Shown: piece after piece, positions 1-12,655 of the stretch | How the letters are laid out: every line of letters begins with the position of its first letter | Numbering within the stretch: the first letter of the stretch is position 1 | NCBI GenBank assembly: GCA_030390025.1 | Contig: CM059452.1 | Coordinates: 7,130,001-7,194,000 of the forward strand | Direction: 5' to 3' | DNA: 64,000 nt | Source: Squalus acanthias | Lineage: Eukaryota | Notes under the pieces: model-generated | What the model was told of the DNA's origin: nothing | The model's input: only the letters and a program-made list of their open reading frames with translations | Databases searched by the model: none | Translations under genes and position numbers: made by a program

Positions 1-1899
1 TGATGGCACAGTGTAAATGGAGAATCACTCTATATCTAAGCAGTGCTGTACCTGCCCTGGGTATATTTGTTAGGACAGTGTAAAGGAAGCTATACTCAGT
101 AACTAGTCCGTACTGTATCTGTCCTGCCTGTGTTTGATGGGACAGTGTCGAGGGATGATTCCTCATATTTAACCCATGCAGTACCTGCCGTGGGAATGTG
201 TGTTGGGACAGTGTAGAGGGAGCTATATTCTGTATCTAACCCGTGCTGTACCTGCCCTGGGAATGTTTGATGGGACATTGTAAAGGACGCTTTACCCTGT
301 ATGTAACCTGTGCTGTACCTGCTCTGGGCGTGTTTGATGGGACAGTGCAGAGGGAGATTTACTCTGTATATAACCCTTGCTGTACCGGCCCTGGGAGTGT
401 TTGATGGGACAGGGTAGAGGGAGCTTTACTCTGTATCTAAACCATGCAGTACCGTCCATGGGAGTGTTTAATGGGATAGTGTAGAGGGAGCTTTACTCTG
501 TATCTAAACCATGCAGTACCGTCCATGGGAGTGTTTGACGGGCTAGTGTAGAGGGAGCTTTACTCTGTATCTAACCCGTGCTGTCCCTGCCATGGGAGTG
601 TTTGATGGGACAGTGTAGAGGGAGCTTTACTCTGTATCTAACCCGTGCTGTACCTGTCCTGGGAATGTTTGATGGGACAGTGTAGAGGGAGCATTACTGT
701 GTATATATCCCATGCAGTACCTGCCCCGAGAGTGTTTGATGGGACATTGTGGAGGAAGCTTTTCTCTGTATCTAACCCGTGCTGTACCTGCCCTGGGAAT
801 GTTTGATGGGAAAGTGTAGAGGTACCTTTATTATGTATCTAACCCATGCTGTCCGTGCCCTGAGTATGTGTGATGGAACAGTAAAGAGGGAGCTTTACTC
901 TGTATATAACCCATGCAGTACCTGCCCTGTGAGCGTTTGATGGGACAGTGTAGATGGAGCTTTACTCTGTATATAACCCATGCAGTACCTGCCCTGTGAT
1001 CGTTTGATGGGACAGTGTAGATGGAGCTTTACTCTGTATATAACCCATGCAGTACCTGCCCTGTGAGCGTTTGATGGGACAGTGTAGATGGAGCTTTACT
1101 CTGTATATAACCCATGCAGTACCTGCCCTGTGATCGTTTGATGGGACAGTGTAGTGGGAGCTTTTCTATGTATCTATCCAGTGCTGTACCTGCCCTGGGA
1201 GTATTGGATGGAACAGTGTAGAGGGAGCTTTACTCTGACAATAACCCATGCAGTACCTGCCCTGAGAGGGTTTGATGGGACAGTGTAGAGGGAGCTTTAC
1301 TCTGTATATAACCCATGCAGTACCTGCCCTGAGAGGGTTTGATGGGACAGTGTAGAGGGAGCTTTTCTCTGTATCTAAACCGTGCTGTCTCTGCCCTGGG
1401 AATGATTGATGGGAGAGTGTAGACGGAGCTTTACTCTGTATGTAACCCGTGCTGTACCTGCCCTGGGAGTGTTTGATGGGAAAGTGTAGAAGGGAGCTAT
1501 ACTCTGTATCTAGCCCCTGCTGTACCAGCCCTCGGAGTGTTTGATGGGACAGTGTAAAGGAAGCTTTCCTCTGTATCTAACCAGTGCTGTACTTGCCGTG
1601 CGAGTGATTGACGGGACAGTGTAGATGGAGCTTTGCTCTGTATCTATACCCGTCAGTAACTGCCCTGGGCAGTGTGTGATTGGACAGTGTAGAGAGAGCT
1701 TTACTCTGTATCTAACCGTAGCTGCTACCTGCCCTGGGAGTGATTGATGGGACAGTGTAGAGGGAGCTTTACTCTGTATCTAACCCTGGTGTCCCCTGCC
1801 CTCGAGTGCTTGTGATTGGACAGTGTAGAGAGAGCATCACTCTATATCTAACCCGTGCTGTACCTGCCCTGGGAGTGTTGAATGGGAGAGTGTCGAGGG
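1..1899 (+). repeat. 67-bp satellite array (block 1)
   Basis: Tandem monomers of consensus GGGAGTGTTTGATGGGACAGTGTAGAGGGAGCTTTACTCTGTATCTAACCCGTGCTGTACCTGCCCT (67 nt; period confirmed e.g. 62461 vs 62528). Confidence 0.97.
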
Positions 1900-1903
1900 A
1901 GTT

Positions 1904-1960
1904 GATGTGCCGAATGGCCTCCTTCTGTGCCGTTATGTCTGTATGAATCTATGACTCTAT
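1904..1960 (+). mobile_element. CR1 LINE 3'-tail fragment (repeated at ~8650, ~19203, ~25381)
   Basis: GCCGAATGGCCTCCTTCTGTGCCGTTATG...TCTATGACTCTAT resembles the reverse complement of the CR1 3' ends at 30739 and 34246. Confidence 0.75.
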
Positions 1961-1961
1961 A

Positions 1962-2198
1962 AAGCAGGGGTGTTCGCCCTGGTTTGTTGCTGAATATTTA
2001 ACACTCAACAAAAATCACTAAACACAGATATTTTGGTCAATATCTCCTTGCTGTTTGTGGGATCTTGCTGTGCGCAAATTGGCTGCAGCATTTCCTACTT
2101 TACAACAGTGACTATATTTCCAAAGTTCTTCATTGTCTGTAAAGCGCTTTGGGACGTCCTGAGGCAGTGAAAGGCGCTATATAAATGCAAGTTCTTTC
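1962..2198 (+). mobile_element. 5'-truncated Deu-domain SINE (SacSINE1/AmnSINE1-like), copy 1
   Basis: Matches the 3' half of the full SINE at 42423-43451: GCTGTTTGTGGGATCTTGCTGTGCGCAAATTGGCTG...GAAAGGCGCTATATAAATGCAAG. Confidence 0.8.
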
Positions 2199-2991
2199 TA
2201 AATGACAACATTTTAATGGGTTGAAGCTTCCACTAAATGGACATCCAGTGGATCACCAGCCTGTTCACAGATGTCCCATTGATTTCGGCAGCAGAACTTT
2301 CAGAACTGAATTATTAATTTTAATATTTTTTCCTCTGTTATAAATCACATCTGTTTTAATTGAACAAATCTGAAGCCAACGTCACTGTTCGAGATATTTC
2401 TATTCATTTTGTACCAACTGTCAATATTCTTAAAATAAACCCTTGTTGTGAGTTGAAACGAATCAATAAGTGACTTTGTTGATCTGGTTTTGCTGCCATG
2501 AACACTTCATGGAAACCAGTGAGGCGTTTATGTAAATAAACACAGAAATAGAAGTCCCAGATTAGAGTATTGAGAGACAGAAACACAATAAATGTTTCCC
2601 CATCAACACAGAACAGAAATAAAGAGAGAAATGCAAATGTCTCAACTGATTCCAGCAACAATTGTTTTTGGGACATTTCTCTAAGTTATAGGAGAATAAA
2701 GTAAAGATGATATCCATGTTCAGAATGGGGAAAGATTCCCACAAGTCACCGTACATAGTGACATCACAAATGTGTGTGTGGAGATTTCCTGTATCCTCTC
2801 CCTCTCTGCCTCTCTCTCCTATTTCCACCTTCTGTCTTGCCTCTCAAGAATGGATCATTGTCTTTACTCCAAAACAAGATGTCAATGTCTCACAAAAGTG
2901 ATCCCTCAACCCTATTCATAGGCCTCGAACCAAATTGATTGGAGTGCGCAGAGGGAGCTTTAACATAAAATGTATCCTATACATTAGATAA
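2199..2991. repeat. Cassette A copy 1 (non-coding low-copy repeat; octamer ATGCAAAT at 2631-2638)
   Basis: Near-identical copies at 8949-9830, 19501-20293, 25676-26470 and 44541-45332. Confidence 0.9.
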
Positions 2992-5900
2992 ACTGGGTGT
3001 GTTTGATGGGACGATGTAGAGGGAGCTTTACTCTGTATCTAACCCTTGCTGTCGCTCCCCTGGGTGTGTGTGATGGGACAGTTCAGAGGGAGTTTTATTC
3101 AACATATAATCCGTGCAGGACTTGCACTGGGAGTGTTTGATCAGATAGTTGAGACGGAGTATCCCTCTGTATCCAACCCGTGCTGTACCCGCCCTGGGAA
3201 TGTTTGATGGGACAGTGTAGAGGGAGCTTTACTCTGTATCTAACCCGTGCTGTACCTGCCCTGGGACTGTTTGATGGGACAGTGTAGAGGGAGCTTTACT
3301 CTGTATCCAACCCGTGCTGTACCCGCCCTGGGAATGTTTGATGGGACAGTGTAGAGGGAGCTTTACTCTGTATCTAACCCATGCTGTATCTGCCCTGGTA
3401 GTGTTTGATGGGACAGTGTACAAGGAGCTTTACTCTGTATCTATACCGTGCTGTACCTGGCCTGTTAGTGTTTGATGGGACAGTGTAGAGGGAGATTTAC
3501 TTTGTGTCTAACCCGTGCTGTACCTGCCCTGGGAGTGCTTGACGGGACAGTGTAGAGGGAGCTTTTCTCTGTATCTAACCCTTGCTGTACTGCTCTGGGA
3601 GTGTTTGATGGGACAGTGTAGTGTGAGCTTTACTCTGTATGTTCAGCGTGCTGTACCTGGCCTGGGAGTGTTTGATGGGACAGTGTAGAAGGAGCTTTAC
3701 TTTGTGTCTAACCCGTGCTGTACCTGCCCTGGGAGTGTTTGATGCAACATTGTAGGGGGAGCTTTAATCTGTATCTAGCATGTGCTGTACCTGCCCTGGG
3801 AATGTTTGATGGGGCAGTGTAGAGGGAGATTTACACTGTATCTAACCCATGATGTCCCTTCCCTCGGTGTGTGACTTGTGACAGTGTAGAGGGAGCTTAA
3901 CTCTGTATCTATACCGAGCTGTACCTGGCCTGTTAGCGTTTGATGCGACAGTGCAGAGAGAGCTTTATTCTGTATCTAACCCGTGCTGTACCTGCCCTGG
4001 GAGTGTTTGATGGGACAGTGTAGGGGGAGCTTTACTTTGTATCTAACCCGTGCTGTACCTGCCCTGGGAGTGTTTGATGGGACAGTGTAGAGGGAGATTT
4101 ACTCTGTATCTAACCTGTGCTGTACCTGCCCTGGGAGTGTTTGATTGGACAGTGTAGAGTGAGCTTTACTCTGTATCTATACCTTGCTGTACCTGCCCTG
4201 GGAATGTTTGATGGGGCAGTGTAGAGGGAGATTTACACTGTATCTAACCCATGATGTCCCTTTCCTCGGTGTGTGACTTGTGACAGTGCAGAGGGAGCTT
4301 TACTCTGTATCTAAACCGTGCTGTACCTGGCTTGGAGTAATTGATGGAACAGTGTAGAGGGAGCTTTATTCTGCATCTAACGCTTGCTGTACCTGCCTTG
4401 TAGTGTTTGATGGGACAGTGCAGAGGGAGATCTTATCTTGCTCTAACCTGTGCTGTTCCTGCCCTGGGAGTGTTTGATGGCACTGTGTTGTGGGAGCTTT
4501 TCTCTGTATCTAACCCGTGCTGTACCTGCCCTGGGAGTGTTTGATGGGACAGTGTAGAGGGAGATTTACTCTGTATCTAACCTGTGCTGTACCTGCCCTG
4601 GGAGTGTTTGATGGGACAGTGCAGAGGGAGCATTCCTCTGTATCTTAACCGTGCTGTACCTGCCCTGTGAGTGTTTGATGGGACAGTGTAGGGGGAGCTG
4701 TACTCTGTATCTAACCAATGCTGTACCTGCCCTGAGAGTGGTTGATGGGACAGTGTAGAGGGAGATTTACTCTGCATCTAACCCATGCAGTAACTGTCCT
4801 GAGAGTGTTTGATGGGACAGTGCAGAGGGAGCATTCCTCTGTATCTTAACCGTGCTGTACCTGCCCTGGGAGTGTTTGATGGGACAGTGTAGGGGGAGCT
4901 GTACTCTGTATCTAACCAATGCTGTACCTGCCCTGAGAGTGGTTGATGGGACAGTGTAGAGGGAGATTTACTCTGCATCTAACCCATGCAGTAACTGTCC
5001 TGAGAGTGTTTGATGGGACAGTGTAGAGGGAGGTTTACTCTGTATCTAACCCGTGTTGTACCAGCCCTGGGAGTGTTTGATGGGACAGTGTAGAGGGAGG
5101 CTTAATCTGTACCTAACCTGTGCTGCACCTGCCCTGGGAGTGTGTGATGGGATTGTGTAGAGGGAGCTTTACTCTGTATATAACACTTTCTGTACCTGCC
5201 GTGGGATTGTTTGATGGCACAGTGTAAATGGAGAATCACTCTATATCTAAGCAGTGCTGTACCTGCCCTGGGTATATTTGTTGGGACAGTGTAAAGGAAG
5301 CTATACTCAGTAACTAGTCCGTACTGTATCTGTCCTGCGTGTGTTTGATGGGACAGTGTCGAGGTATGATTCCTCATATTTAACCCATGCAGTACCTGCC
5401 CTGGGAATGTTTGATGGGACAGTGTAGAGGGAGCTTTATCCTCATATTTAACCCATGCAGTACCTGCCGTGGGAATGTGTGTTGGGACAGTGTAGAGGGA
5501 GCTATATTCTGTATCTAACCCGTGCTGTACCTGCCCTGGGAATGTTTGATGGGACAGTGTCGAGGGAGCTTTACCCTGTATGTAACCTGTGCTGTACCTG
5601 CTCTGGGCGTGTTTGATGGGACAGTGCAGAGGGAGATTTACTCTATACATAACCCTTGCTGTACTGCCCTGGGAGTGTTTGATGGGACAGGGTAGAGGGA
5701 GCTTTACTCTGTATCTAAACCATGCAGTACCGTCCATGGGAGTGTTTGATGGGATAGTGTAGAGGGAGCTTTACTCTGTATCTAACCCGTGCTGTCCCTG
5801 CCATGGGAGTGTTTGATGGGACAGTGTAGAGGGAGCTTTACTCTGTATCTAACCCGTGCTGTACCTGTCCTGGGAATGTTTGATGGGACAGTGTAGAGGG

Positions 5901-8648
5901 AGCATTACTCTGTATATAATCCATGCAGTACCTGCCCTGTGAGCGTTTGATGGGACAGTGTAGATGGAGCTTTACTCTGTATATAACCCATGCTGTACCT
6001 GCCCTGTGAGCGTTTGATGGGACAGTGTAGTGGGAGCTTTTCTATGTATCTATCCAGTGCTGTACCTGCCCTGGGAGTATTGGATGGAACAGTGTAGAGG
6101 GAGCTTTTCTCTGTATCTAACCAATGCATTACCTGCCCTGGGAGTGTTTGATGGAACAGTGTAGGGGGAGCTTTACTGTGTATCTGAACCTTGCTGTCCT
6201 TGACCTTGGAATGTGGGATGGGAAAGTGTCGAAGGAGCTATATTCTGTAGCTAGCCCCTGCTGTCACAGCCCACGGTGTGTTTGATGGGACATTGTAAAG
6301 GAAGCTTTCCTCTGTATCTAACCCGTGCTGTACTTGCCGTGCGAGTGTTTGATGGGACATTGTAGAGGGAGCTTTGCTCTGTATCTATCCCGTCCAGTAA
6401 CTGCCCTGTCAATGGTTGATGGGACAGTGTAGAGGTAGCTTTACTCTGTATCTAACGTGTAGTGCACCTGCCCTGGGAGTGTTTGATGGGTCAGTAGAGA
6501 GAGAGCTTTACTCTGTATCTAACCCTTGCTGTCCCTGACCTGGGATTGTGTAATGGGACAATTTAGAGGGAGCTTTATTCTGTGTCTAACCCTTGCTGTA
6601 CCTGTCCTGGGAGTGTTTGATGGGACATTGTAAAGAAAGCTTGACTCTGTATCAATCCGTGCTGTACCTGCCCTGGGAGTGTTTGATGTGACAGTGTAGA
6701 GGGAGCTTTATTCTGTATATAACCCTTGCAGTACCTGCCCTGGGAGTGTTTGATGGGATAGTGTAGAGGGAGCTTTACTCTGTATCTAACCCAGGCTATG
6801 CCTGCCCTGAATATGTGTGATGGAACAGTGAAGAGGGAGCTTTATTCTGTATATAACCCATGCAGTACCTGCCCTGAGAGCGTTTGATGGGACAGTGTAG
6901 TGGGAGATTTACTATGTATCTAAACTGTGCTGTACCTGCCCTGGGAGTGTTGGATGGGAGAGTGTAGAGGGAGCCTTACTCTGTATATAACCCATGTGGT
7001 ACCTGCCTTGAGAGTGTTTAATGTGACAGTGTAGAGGGAGCTTTACTCTGTATCTAACCCATGCAGTACCTGCCCTGAGAGAATTTGATAAGACAGTATA
7101 GTTGGAGCTTTACTCTTTATCCTGCACTTGCTGTACCTGCCTTGGGAGTGTTTGGTGGGACAGTGAAGAGGGAGTTTTACTCTGTATCTAACCCATGCAG
7201 TACCGTCCATGGGAGTGTTTGATGAGACAGTGTAGAGTGAGCTTTATTCTGTATCTAACCGGTGCGGCACCTGCCGTGGGAGTGTTTGATGGGACATTGT
7301 AAAGGGAGCTTTGCTCTGTATCTATCCCGTCCAGTACCTGCCCTGTCAATGTTTGATGGGACAGTGTAGAGTGAGCTTTACTCTGTATCTAAACCTTGCT
7401 ATCCCTGACCTGGGATTGTGTGACACAACAGTTTAGAGGGAGCTTTATTCTGTATCTAACCTGTGCTGTTCCTGCCCTTAGAGTGTTTGATGGGACAGTA
7501 TAGTTGGAGCTTTACTCTGTATCCTGCCCTTGCTGTACCTGCCCTTGGAGTGTTTGGTGGGATAGCGTTTAGGGAGGTTTACTCTGTATCTAACCCGTGC
7601 TCTACCTGCCGTGGGATTGTTTGATTGGACAGTGGAGAGGGAGCTTTACTCTGTATCTAACACATGCAGTACCTGCCCTGGGAGTGTTTGATTGGACAGT
7701 GTACAGGGAGCTTTATTCTGTATCTAACCCGTGCTGTACCTGCCCTGGGAGTGTTTGATGGGACAGTGTAGAGGGAGCTTTACTCTGTATCTAACCCATG
7801 CTGCACCTGCCCCAGGAGTGTTTGATGGGACAGTGTAGAGGGAGCTTTACTCTGTATCTAACCCGTGCTGTACCTGCCCTGGGAGTGTTTGATGGGACAG
7901 TTTAGAGGGAGCTTTGCTCTATATCTGTCCCGTTCAGTACTTGCCCTGTGAATGTTTGATGGGACAATGTAGAGTAAGCATTACTCTGTATCTAACCCAT
8001 GCAGTACCTGGCCTTGGAATGTGGGATGGGAAAGTGTAGATGGAGCTATATACTGTAGATAACCCGTGCTTTCCCTGCCCTGGGTCTGTTTGAATGGACA
8101 TTGTAAAGGAAGCTTTACTCTGTATATACTTCGTGCTGTACCTGCCCTGGGAGTGTTTGATGGAACAGTGTAGAGGGAGCTTTACTCTGTATCTAATCCG
8201 TGCTGTACCTGCTTGGGAGTGTTGGATGGGACAATGTAGAGGGAGCTTTACTTTGCATCTTACCCGTGCTGAACCCGCCCTGGGAGTGTTTGATGTCACA
8301 GTGTAGATGGTACTTTACTCTGTATCTAAACCGTGCTATACCTGGCCTGCGAGTGTTTGATTAGACAGTGTACGGGGAAATTTAATCTGTATCTTACCTG
8401 CACTGCACCTGCCATGGGAGTGTTTGATGGGGCAATGTAGTGTGAGATTTACACTCTATCTAACCCATGCTGTACCTGCCCTGGGAGTGTGTGATTTGGT
8501 ACAGTGTAGAGGGAGCTTTACTCTGTATCTAACCTTTACTGTACCTGCCGTGGGAGTGTTTGATGGGGCAGTGTAGAGGGAAATTTACTCTGTATCTAAT
8601 CCGTGCTGTGCCTGCCCTGGGCGTGTTGGATAGGAGAGTGTCGAGGGA
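2992..8648 (+). repeat. 67-bp satellite array (block 2)
   Basis: Tandem 67-bp monomers; 201-bp (3-mer) sub-duplication at 4577/4778. Confidence 0.97.
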
Positions 8649-8711
8649 GTTGATGTGCCGAATGGCCTCTTTCTGTGCCGTTATGTCTGTATGACGCTAT
8701 GACTCTATAAC

Positions 8712-8948
8712 AGCAGGGGTGTTCTCCCTGGTATGTTGCTGAATATTTATCCCTCAAAAAAAATCACTAAACACAGATATTTTGGTCAATATCTCCTTAC
8801 TGTTTGTGGGAGCTTGCTGTGCGCAAATTGGCTGCAGCATTTCCTACATTACAACAGTGACTATACTTCCAAAGTTCCCCATTGTCTGTAAAGAACTTTG
8901 GGACATCCTGAGGCAGTGAAAGGCGCTATATAAATGCAAGTTCTTTCT
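8712..8948 (+). mobile_element. 5'-truncated Deu-domain SINE, copy 2
   Basis: Same sequence as 1962-2198. Confidence 0.8.
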
Positions 8949-9830
8949 AAATGTCAATATTTTAAAATCCCAGTTGCGATATGTTAAAAGCTCCGACATT
9001 ACTGCGATTGTAGGACACTCCTCTGCTCACTGTTTTAACTTGTTTAGTTTCAATGGGTTGAAGCTTCCACTAAATGGACATCCAGTGGAACACCAGCCTG
9101 TTCACAGATGTCCCATTGATTTCGGCAGCAGAACTTTCAGAACTGAATTATTAATTTTAATATTTTTTCCTCTGTTATAAATCACATCTGTTTTAATTGA
9201 ACAAAACTGAAGCCAACGTCACTGTTCGAGATATTTCTGTTCATTTTGTACGAAATGTCAATATTCTTAAAATAAACCCTTGTTGTGAGTTGAAACGAAT
9301 CAATAAGTGACTTTGTTGATCTGGTTTTGCTGCCATGAACACTTCATGGAAACCAGTGAGGCGTTTATGTAAATAAACACAGAAATAGAAGTCCCAGATT
9401 AGAGTATTGAGCGACAGAAACACAATAAATGTTTCCCCATCAACACAGAACAGAAATAAAGAGAGAAATGCAAATGTCTCAACGGATTCCAGCAACAATT
9501 GATTTTTGGGACATTTCTCTAAGTTATAGGAGAATAAAGTAAAGATGATATCCATGTTCAGAATGGGGAAAGATTCCCACAAGTCTCCGTACATAGTGAC
9601 ATCACAAATGTGTGTGTGGAGATTTCCTGTATCCTCTCCCTCTCTGCCTCTCTCTCCTATTTCCACCTTCTGTCTTGCCTCTCAAGAATGGATCATTGTC
9701 TTCACCCCGAAACAAGATGTCAATGTCTTACAAAAGTTTTCCCTCAGCCCTATTCACAGGCCTCCAACCAAATTGATTGGAGTGCGCAGAGGGATCTTCA
9801 ATATAAAATGTGACCTATACATTAGATAAA
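8949..9830. repeat. Cassette A copy 2 (octamer 9468-9475; retains ~88-bp segment)
   Basis: Direct alignment by eye with copy 1. Confidence 0.9.
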
Positions 9831-12655
9831 CTGGGAATGATTGATGGGACAGTGTAGAGGGAGCTTTACTCTGTATCTAACCCGTGCTGTACCTGCCCTG
9901 GGAGTGTTTGATGGGGCAGTGTAGAGGGAGATTTACTCTGTATCTAACCCATGCTGTCCCTGCCCTGGGAGTGTTTGATGGGGCAGTGTAGAGGGAGCTT
10001 TACTCTGTATCTAACCTGTGCTGTACCTACCCTGGGAGTGCTTGACGGGTCAGTGTAGAGGGAGCTTTATTTTGTATCTAAACTTGCTGTACCTGGCCTG
10101 GGAGTGTTTGAACGGAGAGTGTAGAGGGAGCATTACTTTGTATCTAACCCGTGCTGTCCCTGCCCTGGGAGTGTTTGATGGGACAGTGCAGCGGGAGCGT
10201 TACTCTGTATCTAAACCGTGCAATACCTGGCCTAGGAGTGTTTGATGTGACAGTGTAGAGGGAGCTTTACTCTGTATCTAACCTGCACTGTACCTGCCTG
10301 GGTGTGTTTGATGGGGCAGTTTAGAGGGAGATTTACACTGTATCTAAACCATGCTTTACGTGGCCTGGGAGTCTTTGATGGGACAGTGTCGAGGGAGCTT
10401 TACTCTGTATCTAACCTGCACTGTACCTGCCCTGGGAGTATTTGATGGGACAGTTTAGATGGAGATTTACTTTGTATCTAAACCGTGCTGTACGTGGCCT
10501 GGGAGTGTTTGATGGGACAGTGTAGAGGGAGCTTTACTCTGTATCTAACCCGTGCTGTACCTGCCTGGGAGTGTTTGATGGGACTGTGTAGAGGGAGCTT
10601 TACTCTGTATCTAACCCGTGCTTTACCTGGCCTGGGAGTTTTTTATGGGACAGTGCAGAGGGAGATTTGATCTGTATCTAACCCGTGCTGTCCCTGTCCT
10701 GGGTGTGTTTGAATTGAGTGTAGAGGGAGATTTAAACTGTATCTAACCCCTGTGTGTGCGATTTCGGACAGTGTAGAATGAGCTTTACTCTGTAGCTAAC
10801 CGTTGCTGTACCTGCACTGGGAGACTTGCTGAGACAGTGCAGAGGGAGATTTACACTGTATCTAACGCATGCTGTCCCTGCCCTGTGTTTGTGAATTCGG
10901 ACAGTGTAGAATGAGCTTTACTCTGTAGCTCAACCGTGCTGTCCCTGCCCTGGGAGTGTTTGATGGGACAGTGTAGAGGGAGCTTTACTTTGTATCTAAC
11001 CGGTGCTGTATCTGCTTTGGGAGTGCTTGACGGGACAGTGTAGTGGGAGCTTTACTTTGTGTCTTACCTGTGCGGTACCTGCCCTGGGAGTGTTTGATGG
11101 GACAGCGTAGAGGGTAATTTATTCCATATCTAAACCGTGCTGTACCTGGCCTGGGAGTGTTTGATGGGACAGTGTAGAGGGAGCTTTATTCTGTATCTAA
11201 ACCGTGCAGTACCTGGCCTGGGGGTGTTTGATGGGATAGTTTAGAGGGACCTTTCCTCTGTATCTAAACCGTGCAGTACCTGGCCTGGGAGTGTTTGATG
11301 GGAAAGTGTAGATGGAGCTATAATCTGTATCTAACCTGCACTGTACCTGCCCTGGGAGTGTTTGATGGGGCAGTTTAGAGGGAGCTTTACTTTGTATCTG
11401 TCCCGTGCTGTACCTGCCCTGGGAGTGCTTGACGGGACAGTGTAGAGGGAGCTTTACTTTGTATCTAACCGGTGTTGTACCTGCCCTGGGAGTGTTTGAT
11501 GGGACAGTGTAGAGGGTACTTTGTATCTAAAACGTGCTGTTCCTGGCCTCGGAGTGTTGGATGGGACAGTGTAGTGGGAGCTTTACTTTGTGTCTTATCC
11601 GTGCGGTACCTGCCCTGGGAGTGTTTGATGGGACAGTGTAGAGGGAGCTTTATTCTGTATCTAAACTTGCTGTACCTGGCCTGTGAGTGTTTGAACGGAG
11701 AGTGTAGATGGAGATTTACTCTGGATCTAACCCGTGCTGTACCTGCTCTGGGAGTGTTTGATGGGACAGTGTAGAGGGAGCATTACTTTGTATCTAACCC
11801 GTGCTGTACCTGCTCTGGGAGTGTTTGATGGGATAGTGTAGAGGGAGCATTACTTTGTATCTAACCCGTGCTGTCCCTGCCCTGGAACAGTTTGATGGGA
11901 GAGTGCAGAGGGAGCGTTACTCTGTATCTGAACCGTGCAATACCTGTCCTGGGAGTGTTTGATGCGAATGTGTAGAGGGAGCTTTACTCTGTATCTAACC
12001 TGCACTGTACCTGCCTGGGAGTGTTTGATGGGACAGTGTAGAGGGAGCGTTACACGGTATCTAAACCGTGCTGTACCTGGCCTGGGAGTGTTTTATGGGA
12101 CAGTGCAGAGGAAGATTTAATCTGTATCTAACCCATGCTGTCCCTGCCCTGTGTGTGTGATTTGGGACAGTGTAGAATGAGCTTTACTCTGTAGCTAACC
12201 GTTGCTGTACCTGCACTGGGAGACTTTGCTGAGACAGTGTAGTGGGAGATTTACACTTTAGCTAACACATGCTGTCCCTGCCCTGTGTGTGTGTTTTGGG
12301 ACAGTGTAGAGGGAGCTTTACTCTGAATCTAAACCGTGCAGTTCCTGGCCTGGGAGTGTTTGATGGGAAAGTGTAGATGGAGCTATAATCTGTATCTAAC
12401 CTGCACTGTACCTGCCCTGGGAGTGTTTGATGGGGCAGTTTAGAGGGAGCTTTACTTTGTATCTAACCCGTGCTGTAGCTGCCCTGGGAGTGTTTTATGG
12501 GAAGTTGTAGAGGGAGCTTTACTCTGCATCTATCCTTGACTGTAGCTGCCCTGTGAGTGTTTGATGGGACGGTGTTGAGAGAGCGTTACTCTGTATCTAA
12601 AACGTGCAATATCTGGCCTGTGAGTATTTGATGAGATCGTGTAGAGGGAGATTTA
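9831..12655 (+). repeat. 67-bp satellite array (block 3)
   Basis: Tandem 67-bp monomers. Confidence 0.97.

Noticed and set aside
7-13. Perfect CACAGTG heptamers in satellite variants (also 5218, 8297) and GACAGTG in each monomer
   Set aside because: No nonamer at 12 or 23 spacing; the consensus lacks the essential CAC
2404-2901. Recurring ORFs in cassette A (MEIGERGREG..., MISMFRMGK...)
   Set aside because: Frames shift and stop differently among the five copies; no recognisable domain; not an Ig TM or secretory exon
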